A DNA stretch of 64,000 bases from an uncultured bacterium (lineage in GTDB: Bacteria > Hydrothermota > UBA3072 > B12-G15). Below the pieces are notes generated by a model. It was given only the letters and a program-made list of their open reading frames with translations, searched no databases and was not told the origin of the DNA. Where the stretch lies: positions 15,480 to 79,479 of the forward strand of contig CAZQRW010000002.1 in the NCBI GenBank assembly GCA_964596115.1, in the 5' to 3' direction. Each line of letters opens with the position of its first letter. Positions within the stretch are counted from its first letter, which is position 1. Shown here in pieces: positions 18,603 through 28,814 of this stretch. The position numbers and the translations under genes are program-made.

Positions 18603-20016
18603 AGTTTGGAGGTTCCTTTGTAATCACAACATCATGGGGGTGGCTCTCCTTTAATCCTGCTGCTGTTATTTTAATAAATTTTGCTCTTTTTTGTAATATA
18701 GAAATATTTTTTGCACCAATGTAACCCATACCCGAACGGACACCTCCAATAAGTTGAAAAATCACATCCTGTGTAGGCCCCTTATACGGAACCCTTGCAA
18801 CGACCCCCTCTGGAACAAGCTTCCCCTCTTGAAAATATCTGTCACTACTGCCCTCTTTCATCGCATCCAGAGAACCCATTCCTCTATACACTTTAAATCT
18901 CCTTCCTTCATATATTACAGATTCGCCAGGTGACTCCTCAGTTCCTGCAAGGAGGCTCCCTATCATTACACTGGATGCACCGGCAGCAAGAGCCTTTGTA
19001 ATGTCTCCAGAATACTTTATCCCGCCGTCTGCTATGATAGGCACGTTACTTACACTTGATGTTTCCATTATTGCTGAAAGCTGAGGAACACCTATACCTG
19101 CGATAACCCTTGTAGTACATATAGAACCTGGTCCTACCCCCACTTTAATTGCATCTACATCAAGGGATAAAATATCTTTCACTGCTTTTTCAGAAGCGAC
19201 ATTACCAACAATTAAATCAACATCTACAATTCCTCTCAATTTTTTAGCTATCTCGAATACTTTCCTGGAATGGCCATGAGCAGTATCAATTATGATAGCA
19301 TCAACCCCTGCAGAAAGCAGCGCCTTCGTTCTATCGACAGTATCTTTACTCACTCCAACGGCAGCAGCACACCTCAACCTACCATGTTTATCTTTTGTGG
19401 ACTGTGGATACCGTATCCGCTTGAGAATATCCTTTACAGTTATTAAACCTGTAAGGATTCTATTTTTCTTAATTATAGGCAATTTTTCAACCTTTTTTTC
19501 CTGAAATATTCTCTTTGCCTCTTCTATTGTAATTCCTTCCTTTCCTGTAACTAATCGATCAAAGGGAGTCATCAATTTACTGATTTTCTTTTTACTATCT
19601 TCTTCAAATAAAATATCCCTTTTGGTAATCAGGCCTAAAAGTTTCATACCCTTCTCTACAACTGGAAGACCCGAAATGTTATGTTTTTCCATTAAAGATA
19701 TTGCATCTTTTACCGTGCTATTGGCATAAAGAACAATTGGATTTTGGATCATACCACTCTCAAACCTCTTTACCCTCTCAACTTCCTCAGCCTGTTTATC
19801 TATACTCATATTCTTATGGATTACACCTATACCACCTTCTCTCGCTAATGCAATAGCCATAGCACATTCTGTAACTGTATCCATTGCTGCACTAACGATA
19901 GGAATTCTCAATGATATATGCCTTGAAAATTTTGTGGATAGATCTACCTGAGAGGGAAGCACTTCAGAATATTGCGGCACGAGAAGCACATCATCGTAAG
20001 TAAGATATTCCTTCAT
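18586..20016 (-). CDS. guaB: Inosine-5'-monophosphate dehydrogenase
   Basis: Catalytic loop '[11 protein letters not shown]'. Tandem CBS domains. '[12 protein letters not shown]' at the N-terminus. Confidence 0.95.
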   Translation of the reverse strand: MKEYLTYDDVLLVPQYSEVLPSQVDLSTKFSRHISLRIPIVSAAMDTVTECAMAIALAREGGIGVIHKNMSIDKQAEEVERVKRFESGMIQNPIVLYANSTVKDAISLMEKHNISGLPVVEKGMKLLGLITKRDILFEEDSKKKISKLMTPFDRLVTGKEGITIEEAKRIFQEKKVEKLPIIKKNRILTGLITVKDILKRIRYPQSTKDKHGRLRCAAAVGVSKDTVDRTKALLSAGVDAIIIDTAHGHSRKVFEIAKKLRGIVDVDLIVGNVASEKAVKDILSLDVDAIKVGVGPGSICTTRVIAGIGVPQLSAIMETSSVSNVPIIADGGIKYSGDITKALAAGASSVMIGSLLAGTEESPGESVIYEGRRFKVYRGMGSLDAMKEGSSDRYFQEGKLVPEGVVARVPYKGPTQDVIFQLIGGVRSGMGYIGAKNISILQKRAKFIKITAAGLKESHPHDVVITKEPPNYEIQK

Positions 20017-20732
20017 TTATTCCTCCATAAATATATTCCATTAAAGGGAATGTTAACCTCTCCAGTCAAGAAAATCTTTTCCCTTAATTTCTCTACTTGA
20101 AATGTACCACCCTTAGTTTCAATTTTTATTTTTTCAAACCCTTTCTTCATTATATACCAGAAACCCACTGATGCAACTCCAGAACCACAGGATAGTGTTT
20201 CTCCCTCAACTCCCCTTTCAAATGTTCTCATATATAATAGACCTTCCTTTTCTTCCTTTACCCAGTTCACATTTGTTCTACCCTTAATGGTATAAGAACG
20301 ATTCTTCCCTTCATTGTCAACGTCAATCTCCTCAAGTCTGCTAACAGGTATAATTAAATGTGGGACTCCACACTCGACTATATTTTCCTTTAATGTTCTG
20401 CATTCTGGCATCTCTATACGAACCTTACTCTCTGAAACCAACTCACAGGAAAAATTACCTGCGTCTGTTTCTATTATTCCTCTCTTATCCATAATACCTT
20501 TTTCATATAGATAAAAAAAGAATACCCTTGTTCCATTCCCGCAGTAAGGAACCCTACTACCATCAGGATTGTAAAATACCATTCTATTTTTTTTATATGT
20601 TATTAAGCCATCTCCTCCAACACCAAAGTGCCTATCAAGAATAGATTTTATAAAATTTTCCTCAGACTGGGTAGATTCAATTATAACAAAGTCATTGCCA
20701 GCCCCTACTGCCTTTGTAAATTTAATCTCCAT
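20013..20732 (-). CDS. dapF: Diaminopimelate epimerase (short form)
   Basis: 'VGAGNDFVIIE' at the N-terminus (GNDF motif). Two catalytic Cys contexts are present: 'PYCGNGTRV' and 'LSCGSGVASV'. At 239 aa it is shorter than typical DapF. Confidence 0.7.
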   Translation of the reverse strand: MEIKFTKAVGAGNDFVIIESTQSEENFIKSILDRHFGVGGDGLITYKKNRMVFYNPDGSRVPYCGNGTRVFFFYLYEKGIMDKRGIIETDAGNFSCELVSESKVRIEMPECRTLKENIVECGVPHLIIPVSRLEEIDVDNEGKNRSYTIKGRTNVNWVKEEKEGLLYMRTFERGVEGETLSCGSGVASVGFWYIMKKGFEKIKIETKGGTFQVEKLREKIFLTGEVNIPFNGIYLWRNK

Positions 20733-21114
20733 TTATCACTGCAGTTGCATCTATCTCTACACCGACACCTTTAGGAAGAAATGAAACCTCCACGGTTGCA
20801 CGTGCAGGGGGCGACTCTTTAAAAAATGCTGCGTAGACCTCATTAACCTCGTTGAAATTATTAATATTTGTCAAATATATGGTGGTCTTTACAATATCAC
20901 TCATATTTCCTCCTGCCTCTTCTACAATTGCTTTTATGTTATTCATTACCTGCTCAGTCTCTCTTCTTATATCATCTTTTATCAACTCACCTGTTTCGGG
21001 AATTATAGAGATTTGGCCAGAGATAAAGAGTATCTTATTTATAAGAATACCTTGGGAGTATGGGCCTATAGCTTCTGGCGCCTTTTTTGTTTTTATCACT
21101 CTTTTCATACTCAC
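20722..21114 (-). CDS. ridA: RidA/YjgF-family reactive-intermediate deaminase
   Basis: 'APEAIGPYSQGILINKILFISGQI' and C-terminal 'RATVEVSFLPKGVGVEIDATAV' match the YjgF/RidA family. Confidence 0.85.
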   Translation of the reverse strand: MSMKRVIKTKKAPEAIGPYSQGILINKILFISGQISIIPETGELIKDDIRRETEQVMNNIKAIVEEAGGNMSDIVKTTIYLTNINNFNEVNEVYAAFFKESPPARATVEVSFLPKGVGVEIDATAVINGD

Positions 21115-21317
21115 TCCTTTCTCTTCATACTATCAATGGAACTAAAAAAGTCAAGCCAACAAAAAGTGTCCGTTGTTACTATTTATGGGAAGTATATCCC
21201 AGGCGCTTACCCCTATTGCTATGGCACTTGGTGGATTACTGGCAGAATATATTTCCATAAGGATTTTAATTTCTACAAATTTTTTCATAACTACTCTATG
21301 GAAAGCGTTGCCTCTGA

Positions 21318-21914
21318 TTAATTTAAAATCCTGTCTCTCTTTCCAACTAATTTCCAACCAAAAGGTAATAATGTCATTGCAAGAATTATTTTAAAAACAT
21401 CACCAATTAAAAAGGGATATAAACCCATTGACAGTATATTGTTATACCCTACAAATTTTGACAGATAGCTCAATCCAAAAATATATATTATTCCATTGCC
21501 TATCAGCATGAGAAGAAAGGTTGTAATTATTTTTCTATCCCATCCTTTTTCAGATAGTATGCCTATTGTTAAGGCAGCTACAGCAAAACCAAATATATAC
21601 CCACCTGTAGGACCAAAAAGATATATAATGCCAGATGCACCTCCAGCAAATACAGGAAGACCTACAGATCCCTCAAATATATATGTAAGGAGGCTCAGAA
21701 ATCCCCTCTTGCTTCCAAGTATTATCCCTGTTAAAAGTACTGCAAGGGTCTGACCCGTAATGGGCACAGGACTGAAGGGTAAACGAATTGCAATACGTGA
21801 AGACAGGGCAATAAATATACTTCCACAAAAAATAAGTGCAATATCATAAATCAATCTGTATGTTTTATTCAAAGGCCTGAACACATCAGCAAAGGTTTGG
21901 TTATTAATTGTCAT
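21318..21914 (-). CDS. bioY: Biotin transporter BioY (ECF-type S component)
   Basis: 'PITGQTLAVLLTGIILGSKRG…GLPVFAGGASGIIYLFGPTGGYIFGFAVAA' matches the BioY signature. The longest ORF adds 23 non-conserved residues, so the start is assigned to the ATG at 21912-21914 (MTINNQ…). Confidence 0.75.
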   Translation of the reverse strand: MTINNQTFADVFRPLNKTYRLIYDIALIFCGSIFIALSSRIAIRLPFSPVPITGQTLAVLLTGIILGSKRGFLSLLTYIFEGSVGLPVFAGGASGIIYLFGPTGGYIFGFAVAALTIGILSEKGWDRKIITTFLLMLIGNGIIYIFGLSYLSKFVGYNNILSMGLYPFLIGDVFKIILAMTLLPFGWKLVGKRDRILN

Positions 21915-22096
21915 ATTCTCCTCCTTTTCTAAAATTTCTATCTTTTTTGAAGGAAAAGTTATATTGAAGAGAAAAAATGTCAAGAGTTTATTTGGGGTCA
22001 GTAATGCAGTTTTAGAAACTGGATAGGGCCATCCAAATTTTACTACTTATCCTTACCTTGTTAATTCCGTCATAGAATTCACAATGCTAAATTTGC

Positions 22097-24757
22097 ATGA
22101 CTGAGCCCCGGTTTTTTCTCTTTCCAATTTCAGATAATGATATATATTATTTTTATATGATTCCAAAAAAACTGGAGAGGTATAAGATCATAGAATGGCT
22201 GGGGGGCGGAAGATTTGGGGATGTATACCTTGTACAGGACAAACTCCTTGAAAAAAAATTTGCACTGAAGATAGGAAGGGGTAAGGGAGACGTGGATGGT
22301 TATCTTAAAGAGGCAAAAATCATCTCCGGGCTTGAACATCCCAATATTATAAGGTTCTATACCGCTGATATGATCGAAGGAAGAATATTTATCGTAACAG
22401 AATTTATTGAAGGGAAAAGCCTTCGGGAAATCATTGAGAAAGAAGCACCCCTGGACATAAAAACGGCACTTTCTATTGGAAAAGACATACTAAAAGGGCT
22501 TTCCTATGCCCATAAAAGGGGTATTATTCACAGGGATTTGAAACCTGAAAATATTATGTTAACAAAGGATAATACAGTTAAGATTGTTGATTTTGGTATT
22601 TCAAGGATTGGTGAAGATATAACAGCATCCATTGCAGGGACACCCCCTTATATGCCTAAAGAGGCATGGAAGGGGAAATATGACGTGAGGTCTGATGAGT
22701 GGTCTGCAGCACTCATTATCTATGAGATGCTCACTGGTGTAAATCCATTTTTTTCAGAAAATCTTGAAGATGTTAGAAAAAAGATATTTAAGGGCAAAAT
22801 AAGACCATTAAAAACCGTTGCATCAAGAATAAGTATCGAAATCGAAGAGGCATTGAAGAAGGCATTATCTCCTGATATGGATGATCGTTTCCCTTCAGTA
22901 AATGATTTTCTAAGAACGTTAAGGGAAGAGACTCATTCTAACATTTCAACTATGAAGATGAAAAAAAGACCTTCAATAAAGGGCCTTCCATATCCTCTTA
23001 CAGAGGAAGAAAGGGAGGCACTAATCCATGAAGAAAATGTCCTCTTGCTGGGAGGACCAGGAACTGGTAAAACTTATACGTTAACTGCAAAGGTTATTGA
23101 CCTTATAAACAGGGGGATTTCTCCTGAGTCTGTCGTACTAACAACATTCACTCTTAGAAACTGGCATGAGCTTGAAAAACGTTTAGAAAAGGAACTGGGA
23201 ACTCTCACAAGAGATATAATACTCGGCAATTTTCACAATCTCTGTATGAGAATATTGAGGAGGGACATAGGAATCTTAGGCTTTCCTGAAGACTTTACTG
23301 TTATTCCATCATCAACCCAGGCAATAATTATGAAGTCGATATCAAAAAATTATGGGGTTAACCACAGGTACGCTATGAGAAAGATCCAGGAATATAAAGC
23401 AAGAGGACTAAAGGCAAAAGAATTTATAGAAAGAAAAATGGAAAATACGATAGTAGAAATATGGGATCAATATCAAAGTAGACTGAAGAAAGAGAACCAT
23501 CTGGATTATGATGATGTACTCATCTTTACAAGGGATATTCTAAAAAGAAATCCGGGGTTAAAAAATTTTTATACTAATAAATTTAAATACCTCGTCATTG
23601 ATGAATATCAGGACTTGAATCCTGTTCAGGTTGAGATTGTAAGATTGTTATTTTCAGGGGAAAATCAAGTATTTGCTACCGGTGATGACGACCAGATGAT
23701 ATATGGATGGAGAGGTGCTAATCTCCGAACGATAAAATTCTTTGAGAAATATTTTCCTCCCGCTATCATATTAAAATTGACAAGATCCTTTAGATTGCCA
23801 GTGAGCATATCAAACGCCGCAGCAAATCTCATAAAATACAACAGAAACAGAGAAGAAAAAATAATATTCCCTAAAAAAGTAGCGGGTGAAGGTGTCATAG
23901 TAAAACAGTTTGCAAGGAAAAATTCAGAGGCATCTTTTTTAGTAAAGGAAATTACAAAACTTGTAAAGGAGGGCTATAACTTCTCAGAGATCGCTGTAAT
24001 GTTCAGGGTCAATAGATACAGCAGATTGATAGTAGAGTCCCTTTTGAACGCAGGCATACCTCATTCAAGTCTGGGTGGTGGTTTCTATGAAAGGAAAGAA
24101 ATCGCTGGACTAATCACGCTTATGGAATTTATTATCACAAAAAAACAATCTAAACTACTCTCCGCGATAAATTTTCCTGAGACTCTTGTAAAGAAAAGAA
24201 AAAAGACAAAATCAAAAGACATAAAAAACTACATTGAGGGGAAAAAAGATGAAGCAGCCAAAGAGCAATACAAAAAATTGCTATCACTCTCAGAAATGAT
24301 AAAGGGTATGGGAACTGCCACTGCTGTAAGGTCCGTTGTGAAATCATTGGGTCTTATTGAATATTACTCTTCTAAGGAAAATGGCATCGAAAGAATCGAA
24401 AACATAGATGAATTTATTCAGTCTGCCGAGGATTTTGAGGAAAAATTTCCAGGGAAAAATCTCAATGCATTCATCACATATGTAAAAGATATAAAGAGGG
24501 CAGGGCTTTCCGGGCAGGAAGGTGTAAACCTTCTTACCGTTCATTCTGCAAAAGGGCTTGAATTTCCTGTCGTATTTATTCTGGGATTGGAGGAAGGCAT
24601 TTTCCCTTTATTGAGAGCAATGATAACAAGGGAGGAAATGGAAGAGGAGAGAAGGCTTATGTATGTGGCTATGACAAGAGCAATTAGAAAATTATACCTT
24701 ACTTACTCAACCCCAGCAAAACCCTCACGATTCCTATCTGAAATATTCGGCCAATAG
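22097..24757 (+). CDS. Fusion protein: N-terminal Hanks-type Ser/Thr protein kinase joined to a C-terminal UvrD/PcrA-type superfamily-1 DNA helicase
   Basis: The kinase domain has a Gly loop 'LGGGRFGDVY', catalytic lysine in 'FALKIG', catalytic loop 'HRDLKPENIML', 'DFGIS' and 'GTPPYMPKE'. The helicase domain has motif I 'GGPGTGKT', motif II 'DEYQDLNPVQ', motif III 'TGDDDQMIYGWRGA' and motif VI 'VHSAKGLEFPVVFI…YVAMTRA'. It is a single uninterrupted 886-aa ORF. The true start is probably at the ATG near 22157 (MIPKKLERYKII). Confidence 0.8.
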   Translation: MTEPRFFLFPISDNDIYYFYMIPKKLERYKIIEWLGGGRFGDVYLVQDKLLEKKFALKIGRGKGDVDGYLKEAKIISGLEHPNIIRFYTADMIEGRIFIVTEFIEGKSLREIIEKEAPLDIKTALSIGKDILKGLSYAHKRGIIHRDLKPENIMLTKDNTVKIVDFGISRIGEDITASIAGTPPYMPKEAWKGKYDVRSDEWSAALIIYEMLTGVNPFFSENLEDVRKKIFKGKIRPLKTVASRISIEIEEALKKALSPDMDDRFPSVNDFLRTLREETHSNISTMKMKKRPSIKGLPYPLTEEEREALIHEENVLLLGGPGTGKTYTLTAKVIDLINRGISPESVVLTTFTLRNWHELEKRLEKELGTLTRDIILGNFHNLCMRILRRDIGILGFPEDFTVIPSSTQAIIMKSISKNYGVNHRYAMRKIQEYKARGLKAKEFIERKMENTIVEIWDQYQSRLKKENHLDYDDVLIFTRDILKRNPGLKNFYTNKFKYLVIDEYQDLNPVQVEIVRLLFSGENQVFATGDDDQMIYGWRGANLRTIKFFEKYFPPAIILKLTRSFRLPVSISNAAANLIKYNRNREEKIIFPKKVAGEGVIVKQFARKNSEASFLVKEITKLVKEGYNFSEIAVMFRVNRYSRLIVESLLNAGIPHSSLGGGFYERKEIAGLITLMEFIITKKQSKLLSAINFPETLVKKRKKTKSKDIKNYIEGKKDEAAKEQYKKLLSLSEMIKGMGTATAVRSVVKSLGLIEYYSSKENGIERIENIDEFIQSAEDFEEKFPGKNLNAFITYVKDIKRAGLSGQEGVNLLTVHSAKGLEFPVVFILGLEEGIFPLLRAMITREEMEEERRLMYVAMTRAIRKLYLTYSTPAKPSRFLSEIFGQ

Positions 24758-24847
24758 AACTCTCAAAGGAAACAATTCCACCCTTGACATAGGGTCAAAA
24801 TGTGTTATATAAAATTGATTAACTCTATAAACATTAAGGAGGTGGAA

Positions 24848-25216
24848 ATGAGCCAGGCTTTGGGAAGACATGTTTTGCTCGAGTTTTTTGGATGTGCTCC
24901 TGAGACTCTTTCAAGGGTTAATTATGTTAAGGACGCACTTTTAAATAGTGCAAGGATTTCAAATGCTAAAATTGTAGACACACTTTTCCACCAGTTTCTT
25001 CCCTATGGAGTATCAGGAGTAGTTGTTATTGAAGAGTCACATTTTACAATTCACACCTGGCCAGAACACGGCTATGCGGCAATAGACCTCTTCACCTGTA
25101 GTAACGATGTGGATGTTGAAAATGCAGTAGAATACCTCAGAAGTACGCTCCAACCGGAAAATGTTGAAAGGATAGAGGTTGACAGGGGAGCAACCTTTAA
25201 ACTGGAGGCTGTATGA
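24848..25216 (+). CDS. speH: S-adenosylmethionine decarboxylase proenzyme (small class 1b type)
   Basis: 'VIEESHFTIHTWPEHGYAAIDLFTC' contains the self-processing ES|S site and the conserved HTWPE block. AAGGAGGTG lies 5 nt upstream of the ATG at 24848. Confidence 0.85.
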   Translation: MSQALGRHVLLEFFGCAPETLSRVNYVKDALLNSARISNAKIVDTLFHQFLPYGVSGVVVIEESHFTIHTWPEHGYAAIDLFTCSNDVDVENAVEYLRSTLQPENVERIEVDRGATFKLEAV

Positions 25217-26067
25217 CGGAGGATGACCGATTATACTTTGTTGAAAAAAGTATAAAAGAAATCATCTCTTTCTACACCGTTGATGAAAGAATAATTAAAG
25301 AGAGAACGCCTTATCAGCTCGTTGAGATATACAAGTTAAAAGGATTCGGGAAATCATTGTTCCTTAATAGCGCTCTCCAATCTACGGAGTACGACGAGTA
25401 TATTTATCATGAGGGTCTTGTTCAACCTGCTATGTTTGCTCACCCTGAACCAAAAAGTGTCTTTATCGGGGGAGGAGCTGAGGGTGCTACACTGAGGGAA
25501 GTTTTGAGACATAAGGAAGTTGAAAACGTGACTATGATTGAAATAGATAAGAGAGAGTGGGAAATTTGCAATCAATTTTTACCCGAATTCTCTCAGGGTA
25601 AATTTTCTGATGAAAGGGTAAATCTTATCTTTGATGATGCAAAAACAATACTTGATAGAGAAGAAAAATACGATGTTATTATTTTTGACCTCCTCGACCC
25701 AGCGCCTTTAACCCCTTCAGAGGATATGTACAAGATACCATTTTTAAAAAAATTAAAGAAAAAATTGAAACCCGGTGGAATATTTGTTACACAGGCAGGA
25801 TCTATATATCTCAGTACTGGCAAATTCTTTTTTAGTATATGGAAACACTTAAGCAGTGTGTATTCAAATGTAGTTGCTTACGAATTACACATACCTTCAT
25901 TTCAGTTGCCCTGGGGAATCATAATAGCTTCAGATAAGCAGAATTTATTTACTCCAAAAAGAACAGACGTCAGGGGACTAAAATTTTACTCTACAGATTA
26001 CCATTCTTCTCTGTTAAATTCTTATCTTCATTTAAAGAATGAGCTGGATTTCAGAAAATCAGACTGA
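25213..26067 (+). CDS. speE: Spermidine synthase / polyamine aminopropyltransferase
   Basis: 'VFIGGGAEGATLREVLRH' (GGGDGG-type methyltransferase-fold motif) and 'DLLDP'. The start overlaps the speH stop (ATGA). Confidence 0.85.
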   Translation: MTEDDRLYFVEKSIKEIISFYTVDERIIKERTPYQLVEIYKLKGFGKSLFLNSALQSTEYDEYIYHEGLVQPAMFAHPEPKSVFIGGGAEGATLREVLRHKEVENVTMIEIDKREWEICNQFLPEFSQGKFSDERVNLIFDDAKTILDREEKYDVIIFDLLDPAPLTPSEDMYKIPFLKKLKKKLKPGGIFVTQAGSIYLSTGKFFFSIWKHLSSVYSNVVAYELHIPSFQLPWGIIIASDKQNLFTPKRTDVRGLKFYSTDYHSSLLNSYLHLKNELDFRKSD

Positions 26068-26824
26068 GAATCTGAAACTATCCTTTCGTATAAAAAAACG
26101 TCTTTTAAAGACCCGTTCAAAGTTCCAGCTTATAGAGGTCTACGACACATATGAATATGGTAAGCTTCTTCTCCTCGATAGAAAGGTAATGTTCACCGAG
26201 AAGGATGAATTCATATACCACGAAATGATTGTTCACCCTACGATGGGTATGATAAAGGCAAGAAATATACTCGTAATTGGCGGCGGAGATGGTGGAACCG
26301 TAAGGGAACTGCTAAAATATCCGGTGAATAACATCACACTCGTAGAAATTGATGAAAAAGTAATAGAAACAGCAAAAAAATTTTTCCCTCGTATGGCAGA
26401 TACGCTAAATGATAAAAGGGTTAATATAATAATTGATGATGGTTCTAAATACGTTTTAAACTCAGAGGAGGAATATGACCTCATCATTTCAGATTCAACG
26501 GACCCTATCGGTCCTGGGAAAGTGCTATTTGGAGAAAATTATGTTAAAGCCATCTCAAGAATATCAAATGTGCTTGTTTCTCAATCTGAATCTCCCATAT
26601 TCCATAGGGAATTAATAAAAAAATTCCATAGTATAATAAAAAAATACTTTAAAAATCTCTTGTTTTATTTTGTTCCTATCCCTACTTATCCATCGGGTAT
26701 ATGGTCCTTTACTGTGGGTCTGAATGTAAATATTAAAAAACCCAACAACAAATCTCAGAAATTTTATTCCCCATCATTATTTGAAGGACTTACCCATATA
26801 CCAGAAGCATTTAAAATTAAATGA
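26039..26824 (+). CDS. Second polyamine aminopropyltransferase paralog (spermidine-synthase family)
   Basis: 'ILVIGGGDGGTVRELLKYP', 'VEIDEKVIE' and 'IISDSTDPIGPG' match the aminopropyltransferase family. It is clearly diverged from the upstream copy. It overlaps both neighbours. Confidence 0.8.
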   Translation: MSWISENQTENLKLSFRIKKRLLKTRSKFQLIEVYDTYEYGKLLLLDRKVMFTEKDEFIYHEMIVHPTMGMIKARNILVIGGGDGGTVRELLKYPVNNITLVEIDEKVIETAKKFFPRMADTLNDKRVNIIIDDGSKYVLNSEEEYDLIISDSTDPIGPGKVLFGENYVKAISRISNVLVSQSESPIFHRELIKKFHSIIKKYFKNLLFYFVPIPTYPSGIWSFTVGLNVNIKKPNNKSQKFYSPSLFEGLTHIPEAFKIK

Positions 26825-28299
26825 AGGAATCCTTGAGAAAAAAATTCCTTGAAAATGAAGGGGGTAAAATCCGACCTGCTGGAGGATTTATAAAAGTCGC
26901 CCTTGGTTATCCAAATAATTACGCTGTCGGTATGTCCAACCTTGGTTTTCAGTGGATATATTTCCTTATAAACAAAAAGAAAGAATCATTTGCTGAAAGG
27001 TTCTTTTATTCTAATGATTATCCTGTTACCCTTGAAAGTGGAAGAAAGATCGTCCTATCAGACATTATAGCCTTCTCTATTTCCTTTGAACCGGATTATT
27101 TCCGTGTGGTTGAGATGATAAGAAACACGGGGCTTAATCCCTTAACGGAAAAGAGAAAAGAAAATGACCCTATAATCATAGCAGGGGGCGGATTTGCGAC
27201 GATTAATCCAGAACCTATTGCTCCATTCTTTGACATTATCTTTATTGGCGATGGGGAGGGAGTGATTGAAGAATTTATAGAAACAGTGTCCAAATACAAG
27301 GGAAAAAAGGATTGGAAGAAAAAGGTAAAAGAAGATATAGCAGGCATTAATGGAATATATATACCTGAGTATATCAAAACTGGTTTTACCAATGAAAACT
27401 ACAAAATAGAAGGGAATTTCCCAGTGAAAAAAAACATCTATTCAGGAGAAGAGCCGGCATTTACCCCTATATTGTCAAATTTTACTCATTTCAAGGATAT
27501 GGAACTTATTGAAATTGAAAGAGGCTGCAAATTCAGATGTAAGTTCTGTTCTGTCGGATATGTAAATAATCCTTTCAGAATGTATAAAAAAGATAAAATA
27601 TTAAATAATATTTTCCATAAGAAAGTTGGACTCATCGGGGCTGCAGTAGCAGATTATACAGGGTTAGAAAGTCTTCTTGATTCTCTGGTGGGAAAAGTTG
27701 AGCATTTGGGCATCTCTAGCGTAAGAGTGGATAGACTTACCTCTGACACTCTGAAACTGTTAAAAAAACTTTATGTAAATTCTATAACTATTGCCCCAGA
27801 GGTTGCCAGTGACAGAATGAGAAAAAAAATTGGGAAATTTGTGAGTCTGAATAAGATCTTAAAGGTTGTAGAAATAATGAACAATGTTGGAATCACGCAT
27901 CTTAAGCTTTACTTTATCATTGGCCTTCCGGGTGAGGAAGATCAAGATGTACAAAGAATAATTGAAGATGTAAAGATTATCTCAAAAACTTTCAGTGGAA
28001 ATATTTCAATAAGCGTAAATCCCTTTGTTCCAAAACCATTTACCCCATTTCAATTCGAACCATATATAGGAAGAAAAATCTTCTCAAGAAGGGCAAGAAT
28101 GTTGCGTGTTGGTTTGAGGAATGTTAAATTAACAATTAAACCATATATGGGAGGATTGATTCAAACAATTCTTTCAAGGGGAGGACGTGATGTTGCCACA
28201 GGTCTATTAAAGGGCAATGTTATGGATTATAAATATTATAGTGGTAGACTTCAAAATTCTCACCTATACCCGTGGAATGTAATAGAGACAAAAGTATGA
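26821..28299 (+). CDS. Radical SAM enzyme with an N-terminal Rossmann/B12-binding-like domain; the last gene of the speH-speE-speE operon
   Basis: 'ERGCKFRCKFCSVGY' is a CxxxCxxC cluster motif. The N-terminal 'ALGYPNNYAVGMSNLGFQ' is typical of rSAM proteins with an N-terminal flavodoxin/B12-like domain. The start overlaps the upstream stop (ATGA). Confidence 0.8.
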   Translation: MKESLRKKFLENEGGKIRPAGGFIKVALGYPNNYAVGMSNLGFQWIYFLINKKKESFAERFFYSNDYPVTLESGRKIVLSDIIAFSISFEPDYFRVVEMIRNTGLNPLTEKRKENDPIIIAGGGFATINPEPIAPFFDIIFIGDGEGVIEEFIETVSKYKGKKDWKKKVKEDIAGINGIYIPEYIKTGFTNENYKIEGNFPVKKNIYSGEEPAFTPILSNFTHFKDMELIEIERGCKFRCKFCSVGYVNNPFRMYKKDKILNNIFHKKVGLIGAAVADYTGLESLLDSLVGKVEHLGISSVRVDRLTSDTLKLLKKLYVNSITIAPEVASDRMRKKIGKFVSLNKILKVVEIMNNVGITHLKLYFIIGLPGEEDQDVQRIIEDVKIISKTFSGNISISVNPFVPKPFTPFQFEPYIGRKIFSRRARMLRVGLRNVKLTIKPYMGGLIQTILSRGGRDVATGLLKGNVMDYKYYSGRLQNSHLYPWNVIETKV

Positions 28300-28320
28300 T
28301 TCTTGACCTTACCCCGGTAC

Positions 28321-28758
28321 TTACCAGTGACCTTTACCCTTTTTCTTATAAACTTTCCACATGGGGTTACCTTTCTTATCCCTTATGAAAATCACCTTTT
28401 TACCTGAATTTATCTCTGATGCAAATATTACCCTTTTCCCAGAGTAAAATCCCCTGGAGCCTGTTATAATTACCTTCATCCCAGGCCTAAAAATCCAACC
28501 TCTCTTTATTATCCAAGGTCTTGGGCCGGTATGAACAAAGAATATTCCATTAGGTGTCTTAACCTTCAAAACCAGAACCTCTCCAAAATCATCTACAAAA
28601 ACATACTTTACCCCAACCACTGTCCCTGTCAGAGTAAGAACAGTTGAAGGATTATAAAGGGAAACATAAACTACCTTTCTTCTTGTTACAACAGGTGGCC
28701 CATAGCATCCTGCATAGACCATACTAAATAATGACAGTAGGACAAATATCTTTTTCAT
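28321..28758 (-). CDS. Small secreted protein or lipoprotein with a basic C-terminus; hypothetical
   Basis: Signal peptide with a lipobox-like 'VYAGC'. C-terminal 'KVYKKKGKGHW'. No recognisable domain. Confidence 0.35.
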   Translation of the reverse strand: MKKIFVLLSLFSMVYAGCYGPPVVTRRKVVYVSLYNPSTVLTLTGTVVGVKYVFVDDFGEVLVLKVKTPNGIFFVHTGPRPWIIKRGWIFRPGMKVIITGSRGFYSGKRVIFASEINSGKKVIFIRDKKGNPMWKVYKKKGKGHW

Positions 28759-28814
28759 AAGTATGCCTCCTTTTTTTATTTAGATACATATATTTGCAAG
28801 AAGTTCCCATCCCC

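Noticed and set aside
21115-21317. Roughly 200-bp gap between ridA and bioY examined for a small RNA or riboswitch (e.g. a biotin-related element).
   Set aside because: The gap lies downstream of bioY and upstream of ridA, not in the 5' UTR of bioY. No conserved riboswitch-like structure could be recognised by eye.
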